Source: a virus
Length of the DNA stretch: 61,599 bases
UHGV virus genome: UHGV-0127988
Reading direction: 5' to 3' (one strand)
The position numbers and the translations under genes were made by a program. Positions 9,618-21,600 of this stretch are shown in pieces. Position 1 is the first letter of the stretch. Each line of letters opens with the position of its first letter. The notes below the pieces were generated by a model. The model worked only from the letters and a program-made list of their open reading frames with translations. It ran no database searches and was not told the DNA's origin.

Positions 9618-12600
9618 GTGGCTAAAAACTCTTTGCCGTCTGAGCTGGATCTTGTCCAGCAGCCGTCTTATGGCCTGCCTGACTGGGCGCAGCGCCCGCA
9701 GGCGCAGACCGTCAACACCGGCGGCGCTGTGCCGTTCCAGGCTGAATTCCTCTCTGCATCCCAAAAATACGGCGTGCCGTTTAACGTCCTGATGGGCCTG
9801 GCAGAGCAGGAGTCTTCTTTCAACCCCACCGCTATCGGCGTACCTACCAAATACGGCCGTGCCAAAGGCCTGATGCAGTACATCGATGACACCGCCTCAC
9901 GTATGGGTATCAACCCTTACGATCCTGTGCAGTCCATCGATGCCGCTGCTCGCCAGCTGCGTGAGCGCCTGGATAAAGGCTACTCGATGCAGGAGGCAGT
10001 GCAGGCGCACTTTGGTGGTGATGACCGTGCGCAGTGGGGACCGAAAACAGCGCAGTACGGGAAAGACGTTTTAGGCCGCGCCGAGAAGTTCCTGGGCGGC
10101 GGTCAGTCCGTTGCCGCCGGTCAGCTAACCCAGCAGCAGGAACAGCCACAAACCCGCATGGGGCAGATCGCACAGGATTACCCGCCAGCGCAGAGCGCAA
10201 TGGAGAACCTGGACCAGACGCGCCAGCGCACCCAGGCGCTTCTCGATGAGATGAACAAGGAAGAGCCAGGCCGCTACCGACCTCTCACCGACGAGGAAAT
10301 GCAGCGGCTGTCGCAGCACATCACGCCGGAAATGCAGCAGCAGGCGATGCAGAGCGGCAAGCCTATCGAAATTAATATTCCTGACCTGGTGCAGCCGGGC
10401 CAGGCGGTGACGGCGCAGCAGAGCCAGCAGCAGCCAGAAAAACGGCAGGCAGAGCTTAAACCGTGGGAGCCGACCCTTTGGGAGCGAATTAAAGGCCTCA
10501 TCCCTGGAAATAAAGATGCCGCAACCGTCGAAATGATTGCGCGCGACATTGCCAATCGTGAAGGCGTCTCTGTCGAGGAAGTCTATAAATCGATGGGTGG
10601 CGCACGTCCAATGTGGAACCCGGAAGGCCGAGCACCCATCCAGGCGCTGGCAGAGGGCGCAGGAATTGTTGGAAAACAGCTTCCCAACGTTCCTTCAGCC
10701 GTGGCTAATGCCTCACTTCGCGCTGTTCGTGGTGGTGACATTAGCGCCGATGGCAGCACGATGATGGATCGGGTAATCTCCGCCACCAACGTACCGCAGG
10801 AAGAAAACCAGGACCCTAACTATCAGTCAGTGAGCGGCATCGATCAGTCTCTTGGCTTCTCGCTATCGAATATGGTTCCGAGTATCGCTGCAGGCGCTGC
10901 CGGTAACGTAGTCTCTCCCGGCGTCGGTACTGGCGCTGGCTTTGCTACATCCGCAGCTATCGCCTACCGCGCCAGTAAAGACCAGTTCCTTGATGACGTG
11001 AAGAAAAAGGCCGAGACGGAAAAGGGTAGCAAGCTAACGGAAAAAGAGTGGGAAACGCTGAAAGACACGTCTGAAGCGGCCGCTATGAAGTACGGCGCGT
11101 GGGAAGCGATCCCCGAAGCCCTGTCTAACGTCATAGCTCTGAAAATGATTTCCCACCCGCTGGTGGGTGCTACCAGAGCAGCACGCATTGCGGATGCAGC
11201 TAAACGACTGGGTAAAGAGCAGATTGCCGAGCAGGTGACTGAAACTGCGACAACGCTGGGACAAAATGAGGCCGAAAGAGAAGTAGGCCTGTCCAACGAG
11301 AAAATGAGCGTTGCGGATGCCTTCCGCCAGCAGGCTATTCAAACCGCGCTGGTAAGTGGGATTCAGGGCGGCACCATGCAGGCTGGTCGCGCCATCTATG
11401 ACCGCGTAAGAGGGAATCGCGCAGCATCTACCGAAGAGCGGCCGACAACCGATCCATCTGCTCAGCCGGAAGCGACAGCAACCGATCCGGCACAGGAAGC
11501 CCAGCCAGAACAGGCAGCAACACCGACAGCAGAACAACCACAGGAAGCACAGCCTTCCGGCCCTCTCGGTCGTGCCGTCCAGAACGGTACGCAGCAGGTT
11601 GTTAACGATGTTGCCGCACAGGCAGAGCAGAACACCGCTGCAGCCGAAAACCACACGTCTGATGAGTTCATGGGACCGGTTGGCTCGGAAACAACCGTTC
11701 ATCCGGCTGATGACCCCAATGACAGCTTCCCGGCTGTAGTTCAGGGGTATCGCAACGGAAATGCTATTGTTGTCGATGAAAACGGCGAAATTCTGGAGTT
11801 TGGCCCGCATGAAGTCGTGCGTCCGGACGCCGCTGCCGACGTTGTGCAGCAGCAACCGGAGCAGGAGGTCACTGAGCCAGTTCAGCAGACAGAGAAGGCA
11901 ACTGAAGAGCAGCCACGCCAGCCGAAGGCCGTCAGCGAAATGACTGAGCCAGAGCTACGCGACCGCCTGAAATATCTGCACCAGCAAGCCAAATCATTCG
12001 GCGGCTGGAACGAGCGACTGACGAAAGCCCGCCGGGAAGTCGAGAAGGCTATTGATGCGAAAAACGCACCTGTGCAGGGGGAGATAGATACCGAAGCCGT
12101 TCAGGCTAACGGCCTTACTCCGTCTGAGAATCGCCGCCTGAAAGAGTTGCTGAATAAGGACTCACGCACACAAGCGGAAAGCGCCGAGGCTACCCGACTT
12201 AATGAGAAGTCGCGTGCATCCCTGACCGAAGAAGTACCACAGTCAACCAATGAAAATACCGTTGGTGCTGAAGGTATGACGCTGGTTCACGGCTCAGGAA
12301 ATGGAAACCTGACGCTCGATGATATCCAGATTGTTCGCGCCAATGGTCAGAAACAGGGCAAGAAAGGCCGGGTTTACGGCGGTTTCTACGGCACCTCCGA
12401 GAAAGATTCCGCGCAGGCTGAAGGCTACGCCGGGATGATGGAGGGCACCCCGACCGTCTATGACGTGAAAATCAAGCCCGGCACGAAGGTTTTCCAGAAA
12501 GAAGGGGATATTACCCGCCTTTCCGAGAACACCATCAACGACCTGGTTTCGAAAGGTTACGGCGTTGTCGTCGGTACAGATCCGCGCGGACGTACCGAAT

Positions 12601-15600
12601 ACGCCGTTATCGATAAAAATGCGATCCAGCAGCTATCAAAAAGAGGGGTGGCAAATGCCGAAACCACGAACGTATCAGATGAGCGCAGTGCGCAGCCTGA
12701 AGTTTCTCAGGTCGCGCAATCTGATAACGCGCCAGCAGTACAACCAGATGAAAGCGGAGCTGCTGCACAGTCCGAGCGAGTGGCATCCAATACCGACCAG
12801 CCTGCTGCCGGTAGCGGAGCTGATGCTATTTCTGGACGTACAACCGCCGACACCGACCCTTCACTGAACAAAGACGGCAGTCAGAAATGGTTCGGTACCG
12901 AGCGGAAGGCGAACGAGTACCTGCAGAAGAAAGGTATCACCGGCACGCATGAAATCCGCCTGGTGGATCGTCGCTTCGAAATCCACGCCAAAGGCCAGGA
13001 TGTCAACCAGACGACCGAAACTGTCAACCAAACTGCCGATAATGTTAAGCCAGCGACCAAAAGCGTCAAAGGCAAGAACGGGCCGCGCTACAACCGTGTG
13101 AAGAAGCTGCTGGGCGCTGAAGAGGGCGATATCGTCACTCCGCAGGAGGATATCGGCTATACCACCGCTGGTAGGCAGTACCGCATTTACCAGATCGAGA
13201 AGAACGGTATTGTTCACCTGACCAACCTCGAAACCAATGGCGGCACTACGGTTAGCCTGGCAGACCTGGAGCGTGCCAATTCCCGCAGATCGGGCTTTAA
13301 CCGTGTTGAGGCTGTTGCTGAACCAGCACCGGCGGCACAGGAACAGCAACAAAGCGAACCAGAGGCCGAAGAGAAAACTGCATCTACCCAAACCAGGAGC
13401 GAAAAAAACGTTGCTGCTACGGATGCGGATCGCTTCTCCGGTAACAAGCTGTTTACCGCTGATAAAGTCGCCGCTGCGCGCGCCCGAATGAAGTCGAAAT
13501 TTGGCCAATTGAACAGCGGCCTGGATCCTGAGCTGCTGATTGATGGGATGACTATTGCGGGAGCTTACATCGAGAGCGGTGTTCGCAAGTTCTCTGATTA
13601 TGCAAAATCGATGGTCGATGACTTCGGTGCCGACGTTAAGCCCTACCTGCTGTCATTCTGGGAAGGCGCTCGCAACTATCCAGGCCTGGATACCGAAGGC
13701 ATGACCAGTGTCGAGCAGAGTGCTAAAGAGCATGCTGCGCTGATGCAGCCGGAGGAAACCAAAACCCCGGCAGTGGGAGAGGTGCAGGCGAAGCCTGCAA
13801 GCCGCACGCGTAAGACTGGTAAAGCTGGAGATATGACTATCACCCAGGATTGGGGCGTAGAGCATATTGACGGTTACGGGGAAAACTCATCTGGTCGGGA
13901 AACAGGCAGTGACCTGAAAGACGCGTTCCTGAAGGAAGCCCGCAAATACCTAAACACCGTTGCTGACCAGCTGGAGGATGCAGGCTTTAAACCGACCACA
14001 AACGCAAAAGGTAAGTTTGTTGGGGCTGTGAGTGTCAATGCTGGCGGTGATGCTGTTTCCGGCGATGTAAACCTGGTGATGGATGGTCCGAACGGAATAG
14101 GTGTTTATATCCACATCGGTGGTACATCGTTGCGCGGAGTGGTTCCCACTACCGATAGCGGCATCGGCATTATGATGCGCACCACCACGCCAGAGGACAA
14201 ATACGGCGCGAAATCGCAAAACCTATGGTCCCAGGTAAATATCTCTGCGACCGACATGGCTAAACAGGCTATCCTGTTAGTTGAAAAAAGAGTTGCAGCT
14301 GAGCAGCATAATCGGCAGCAGAACGAAAAATCCCAAGCCCGCGTTACCAATGGGCTTGATGACATGGTATCTAGTTTTGACCGTGAGGTAACACCGAATG
14401 AATCTCAACCACTGGGTGAGCCAGGCGAGGGATCACTGGAAACAGCACCAGCCGACGCTATTCGCGCAGCTGAAAGCGAAGAACCAGCTGGGCAACGCTC
14501 TCCGCGAAGCAGCGGAGAAGACGTATCAGGAAGTGAGCGAGCTGGAGGCTCAGGGCTTCAGCGAGCACGAAGCGTTCGAGATGACGCGGGAGAAGTACCT
14601 GTTTCCACCGGAAGAGGCGAGCCTGCAGGACAGCGAAACCAATCCGGCAGCAGCCAGGATGCAGGACGTAATGCGGATCGTGAACAGCCAGTACGGGGAC
14701 AGCGACCAGCCGCAGGAACAGTAGCGGAAGACCGCCCGGCGCGCGCATTCAACATCGATGCGGACGAGATCGGCAAGGGCGGTAAGAAAACGAAGTTTCG
14801 CAATAACGTCGCGGCAATTCGCCTGCTGAAAGACCTGGAGCGCATGAACCGCCAGGCCACGCAGGAAGAGCAAGCCATCCTCGCCAAATACGTTGGTTGG
14901 GGCGGTATCCCGGAAGCATTCAAGCGCACTGACGGCAGCGCCACCAGCGGCTGGGCGAAAGAGGTCGCGGAGCTGGACGAAATTCTGCAGCCGGAAGAGT
15001 ACCAGGCCGCCGCGTCGTCCACCAAAAACGCCCACTACACCAGCCCGGAGATCGTTTCCGGCATGTGGCAGGCAATGCAGCGCCTGGGCTTCACCGGTGG
15101 ACGCGTGCTTGAGCCGTCTGTCGGCGTGGGTAACTTCTTTGGCCTGATGCCTTCAGACGTGCGCAGCGCGTCAGCGCTCCACGGCGTCGAGCTTGACCGC
15201 ATCACCAGCGGCATAGCTACCCAGCTTTACCCGGAGGCGAAGATCGCCCGCATGGGGTACCAGGACTACGTTATTCCAAATGGCTATTTTGACATCGCAA
15301 TCGGCAACCCGCCGTTCGGTGCTGATAAGCTGTACGATGGCCGCCGCAAAGACCTGTCAGGTTTCAGCATCCATAACTACTTCTTCGCCCGTACCGTCGA
15401 TGCCCTGCGCCCTGGTGGCGTCATGACTATGGTTGTAACGAACCGGTTTATGGATGGGGCGAGCGATAAGGCGCGCCAGTACATTGCCGACCGTGCCGAC
15501 CTGCTGGGGGCTATCCGCCTGCCAAATGACGCCTTTGCGAAAAACGCCGGCACCCAGGTGACGACCGATATTATCTTCCTGCGCAAGCGTCTGCCGGATG

Positions 15601-18600
15601 AAACGCCAAGCGCTATGAACAGTTCCTGGCTTGAAACCGTCGATTTCACCGACAAAAACGGCAAGGTCGTGCCGCTGAACAAATATTTCGTCATGCATCC
15701 TGAAAACATGCTGGGCGAGTTCGGAGCTTTCGGATCGATGTACCGTGAAGGCGACTCGGCGCTGATTGCGCGCGAGGGGCAAAATACCTCGCAGCTGCTG
15801 GGTGAGGCTATTCAGCGTCTGCCGGAAAACATCATCAAGCCGGTGGAAGCTGTGAAGCCAGAAAGCCGCGCCAGCGTGGTGGCAGAGAATGCCCGCGTGG
15901 GTTCCGTCTTCCTGGATGGCGATAACGTCATGATGCGTGACAGCGACGAGCTGGGCGAATCCCGCGCTACGGCGGTCAGCTTCCCGAACGAGAAAGCAAA
16001 AGCCCGCGTCGTCGGCATGATCGGCGTTCGTGACGAGCTGGCGGCGCTGCGCAAGCTGCAGCTGGATCCGAAGGCGGACGATGCAGCTATCGAGTCAGCC
16101 CGCAAGCGTCTGAACCGCGCCTATGACGCTTTCGTTAAAGAGCATGGCTATCTGAACCAGGACGCGAACAAGCGCTTACTGCGTGACGATCCGACCTGGC
16201 CGCAGCTGGCAGCGCTGGAAGACGATTTCGATAAGGGGCTTTCTGCTACTGTCGCCAAAAAGACCGGCGAGGAAGCCCGCCAGCCGAGCGCGAAGAAGGC
16301 CGCTATCTTCAGTCGCCGCACCCAGTCACCATATACCGCGCCCACCAGCGCGGCGACCGCGAAGGATGCCCTCGTTACCTCGCTGGCCGAAAAAGGCCGC
16401 GTTGACATGGAGCTGATGGCGAACCTGTACGGCAAGGAAGAAAGCCAGATTATCCGCGAACTGGATGACCTGGTTTATTCCGATCCGGAAAAAGGCTGGG
16501 TGACGCGCGAAGAATACCTGTCCGGCAACGTGAAAACGAAGCTGGCGCGTGCCCGCGAGAGGGCGATGACCGATGCCGCTTTCAACCGCAACGTTGAAGC
16601 GCTGGAGGCCGTACAGCCGAAAGATATCGAGGCGGTGGATATTAACGTTAAGCCTGGGGCCACCTGGCTACCGGCTGACACGATGGGCGCGTTTGCCGAC
16701 ATGATTGCGGAAACCAGCGGCGCGAAGGCATTCTATAACCCGGTTAGCGCCAAATGGTCATTCCCAGGCCTGGCGTCGTCGGCGGCAGCGCAAACCCGCT
16801 ACGGTACCGACCGCGCGGATGTTCGCACAATCCTCGAAGCAGCTGCGTCGCAGAAGGCGATCCAGATTTTCGATAACCACCGCGACGGCACCCGCACGCT
16901 GAACGAGACGGAAACCCAGCTCGCTAACGACAAGGTGAACGCGGTCAAGGAAGCATTTGGCCGCTGGATCTGGTCTGACGATGCTCGCCGCCAGTCGCTG
17001 GCGCGTATCTATAACGACCAGTTCAATACCGATGTGCCGCGTGAATATGACGGTTCTCACCTGACATTCCCCGGCAAAATCTCCGATGACATTATCCGTC
17101 TGCGTCCGCACCAGGCTAACGCCGTCTGGCGAATTGTGCAGGGCGGTACCACTCTGGCGGATCACGTAGTCGGCGCGGGCAAGACCTTCACCCTGATTGC
17201 TGCAGCGATGGAGTTGCGCCGGATGGGCCTGGCGCGGAAACCGCTGTTTGCGGTGCCGAACCACCTGGTAGGGCAGTGGGCGACTGACTTTGTGAAGCTG
17301 TATCCCGGCGCGAAGGTGCTGGCCGCCACGAAGCGCGATTTTGAGAAGGAAAACCGTAAAAAGCTGTTCGCCCGTATCTCTACCGGTGACTGGGACGCGG
17401 TGATCGTTGCTCACTCGTCGTTTGGCAAGGTGCAGGTAGACCCGGAGCACGAAGCCGAGTTTATCCGCGAGCAGATTGACGATCTGACATCCTCTATCGA
17501 GGCTATCCGGGAGGCTGAAGGCCAAAGCAGCCGCAACGTGAAGGATGCTGCAAAGCGCCGCGATGCACTGAAAGAACGACTGAAAAAGCTGGTGGACAGC
17601 GAAAACAAGGATGATTCCCTGTACTGGTCAGAGCTGGGCGTCGATGCGCTGTTTGTCGATGAAGCGCACGAATTTAAGAACCTGGCTTACTCCACCAGCA
17701 TGCGTAACGTCGCAGGCCTGGGCGATGCGTCCGGCAGTCAGCGCGCGATGGACATGTTCATGAAGGTCCGCCACGTCCTGAAGGCTACCGGCGGCCGGAA
17801 CGTTGTGTTTGCGACCGGTACGCCGATCAGCAACACGATGGCTGAGATGTACACCATGCAGCGCTACATGGATTACGACAACCTGAAGGCGCAGGGGCTT
17901 TCCCACTTCGACGCCTGGGCGCGCATGTTTGGTGAGGTTGTCACCGACTGGGAGCTTTCGCCGTCTGGCAAGTACAAGATGACCGCGCGTTTTGCGAAAT
18001 TCGTGAACATGCCTGAGCTGATGCAGCGTTACACCTCGTTCGCGGACGTTATCAACCGCGACGACATTAACCGCCAGCTGGCCGCCCAGGGCAAAAAGCT
18101 GCCGGTGCCGAAGATGAAGGGCGGGAAGCCGACCAACATCGTTGTGCCGCGCAGCAGCATGCAGGCAACCTATATCGGGGAGCCAATCACGGATAACAAC
18201 GGCATCGAGCAGTATCCGCAGGGATCGCTGGTCTACCGCGCCGAGCACCTGCCGAAGAAGGCAGAAAAGGGCGCGGACAACATGCTCAAAATCATGAGTG
18301 ACGCCCGCAAGGTGGCGCTGGATATGCGCCTCATCGAGCCAGGCGCGCCAGACTTTGAGCGCAGCAAGACCAATGAGGCCGCCCGCCGCATCAAAGAGGA
18401 CTACGATAAGTGGGCCGATGACCGTGGCGCACAGCTGGTGTTTATCGATCTCTCGACGCCAAAGAACGCCAAAACAGCAGAGGCTGCCAGAATCCGTGAC
18501 CTGGTAGAGAAGGCCGAGCAGGGTGACGAGGCCGCCGCCGAGCAGCTGGACAAACTCAGTCCGGACGAGCTGGCCGCGCTCGATGGCGAATTCTCCGTCT

Positions 18601-21600
18601 ACGATGACCTGAAACAGAAGCTGGTGGCGCTGGGCATCCCGGAAAACGAGATCGCCTTCATTCACGACGCTAAAACCGAGCTACAGAAAGAAGAGCTGTT
18701 CGGGAAGGTTCGCTCTGGCCGTGTTCGCGTTCTGCTGGGTTCAACGTCGAAGATGGGCGCTGGTATGAACGTGCAGGATCGCCTGGTTGCGCTTCACCAC
18801 CTCGATGCTCCGTGGCGTCCGTCCGACCTGGAACAGCGTGAAGGGCGCATTATCCGCCAGGGTAACAAGCTCTATGACCGCGATCCGGAAGGCTTCGAAG
18901 TCGGCGTTTACCGCTATGCGACGAAACAGACCCTCGATAGCCGCATGTGGCAGACCCTGGAGGCGAAAGCCCGCTTTATCGAGCAGGTTCGCAAGGGTAA
19001 CACCGCGCAGCGCGAAGTTGAGGATATTGGCGGCGAGGCTGCAAACGCGGCAGAAATGAAAGCGGCATCGAGCGGCAACCCTCTCATCCTGGAAGAGATG
19101 ACCCTGCGCCAGAAAATGCGCCGCCTGGAGAACGAGCGCGCCGGTTTCGACCGCGATCAGTATCGTATCCGCGATACCATCCAGCAGCAGCGCCGTAAAG
19201 CCGAGTGGATGGCGAAGTCTCTGGACGAGCTGCGCCAGGACGTAAACCTGTCGGTGCCGGACAAGTTCGCTATGACCATCAACGGCCAGGAGCTGGAAAA
19301 GCGTAAGGACGCAGGCGAAGCGTTACTGTCTATCGCTGCCGATATGGAGCACAACCACAGCGATGAGCGCCAGATCGGCCAGTACGGCGATTTCCCGATG
19401 AGCATGGAGCGCACCAGCGCCGAGCAGTTCACCATCAACCTGGAGGGCGCTGGTTCCTATACCGTCAATTTCGGTATCGGTGCCGACCCGCTGGGACTGA
19501 CGATGCGTATCAGCAACGCCGTGAAGGATTTGGGCGACGCTATCACCGTCATGGAGCAGGGCCGCGAGAAGGCGCTGGCAGAGATCCCGAAACTGCAGGA
19601 GCAGCTGGCGGAATGGCCAAAAGCGCAGGAGCTGAAAGACACCCGTAAGCGTCATGCCGAAGTGGTGGACCAGCTGAAGCCGAAGAAGGCCGAAAAGCCT
19701 GCCGAAAGTGTTGCTGCCCCGGCAACGCAAGAGCCGAAACCGCAATACTCCGTTGCGACTAACCGCGCTGTTCGTGGTGCCCTGGCGCGCGGAGATGCCG
19801 GTGCGCTGGTGGCGAAACTGCAGAAAGATGGGCGGATCGTTATTCACGACACGCCGCCGGAAAACCGCCGTGCTGACGCTGCCGGTTGGGTAGATCCTGA
19901 CGGAAGTATCCACCTGGCGCTGTCGAACCTGACAGCAGAAACGGCGCAGCCGGTGCTGATGCATGAGCTGTTCCACTCTGGCATGAACGCAATCAGCGGT
20001 TCGCCGCGCTGGAACAACCTTATTTCCCGCCTCAATGAGTACGTGGAGGCCGCCAGCCGTCGCGAGGGCCGCGAAACCGCATGGGATCGCGCCTATACCC
20101 GTATCGAGCAGAGCGAGGAAGGCAGTCGCCGCGCTGAAGAGCTGGGCGCGTATGCCGTCGAGCACTTCGAGCAGATGCCTCCTGGCATCCGGAAGTGGGC
20201 CGAAACCGTGATCGGTACCGTGAAAAACTGGGTGCAGCAGCGGTTTGGTGTGCAGCTGGGCGAAGTTACTCCATCACAGCTTCGCGCGCTGGCCGCCGGT
20301 GCCGTCCGTAACCAAAGCCCCGTAAAAGGGGCCACGGAGACGGCTTACAGCATGAAGCCGGGCGAAGCCAAGAAAGAGGCGGAAGCCTTCTATGGCAAGA
20401 AGATTGACGCAACCCGCGATCTGACCGGCGACGCCCTTACCGCTGCCATGCCGACGCTGCTGCACTGGACGCCTGGCCGCTTCCTGCTGAAGCGCGTGGC
20501 GAAGGATATCCCGGCGCTGGGCGAATACGCCGACATTAAGCTGAAGATGGACACGTTCCGCGATGAATGGCACGCGCTCACCGATAAACTGGCGCAGCGC
20601 TGGCAGAAGTACCGGGCCAAGAACGCTGCCGAGAACAGCCAGCTGATGCAGATCATGCATGAGTCCACGCTGGCGCAGGCTGACCCGTCCGAGAAGTTCG
20701 AAAGCCGCCTGAATGGTGCGGACCTGAAGATCCTCCGGAACAAGAAAACCAGCAGCGATGAATGGCAGCAGGCCAACAAAAAGGCGATGGATGAGTCTGC
20801 CCGCGAGAAGGAATGGACGAGGCTGAATGCCGAGTTCCAGAAGCTGTCTCCGGAAGGTCAGGCGCTCTACCGCGACGTTCGCGACCTGTACAGCAAGCTC
20901 GCCAACACCCAGGAGGCGATCATAGTCGCCAACCTGGAAAAAGCGATGGAGTTCCGCATTAAGGAAGCCCAGCGCGAATTTGAGGACGAGATGCAGGCCA
21001 TCAACGACGAGGGGTTGAAGGGAGAGGATCGCGAAAAAGCCATTACGGCCGCCAAGAAGAAACTCGATAACGCCCGCCGCCGCGATGCGTGGAACCGACG
21101 CGCCCGCGTTAACCAGCTGCGCCAGGAGTTCGAAAGCAACCGCCTGGCCGGGCCTTATTTTCCGCTGGCGCGCTTCGGTGATTACTTCGTCACCGCCCGC
21201 AACAAAAAGACCAATGAGATCGAGGTATTCTCCCGCCAGGAGACGCCTTTCCAGCAGTCTCGCGTAGCGAAGGAGCTGCGTAAGCAGGGGTTTGAGGTTG
21301 AAACTGGTCTGATTTCGAAGACCGCAGAGCTGCGCAAGCAGGTTCCGGCGGAGTTCGTTGCGCGTATCGAGGACATTCTGAAGGGACTGCCAGCCGCGAA
21401 AGAGACGCAGGATCAGGTCTGGCAGCTCTACCTGGAGCGCATGCCGGATATGTCACTGCGCAAAAACCGGATCCACCGTAAAGGCCGAGCCGGTTTTGAA
21501 GAGGATGCGCTGCGTGCGTTCGCCTCTCACATGTTCCACGGCGCACACCAGACCGCCCGCATGAAGTTTGCGATGGATCTGCAGGACCAGCTGGACGAGG

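Noticed and set aside
19961-19975. HELFH zinc-metalloprotease-like motif in the giant protein
   Set aside because: Not rejected outright, but a 5-residue HExxH match occurs by chance in a 4,532-aa protein. Without the downstream third ligand or Met-turn it is only a flag.
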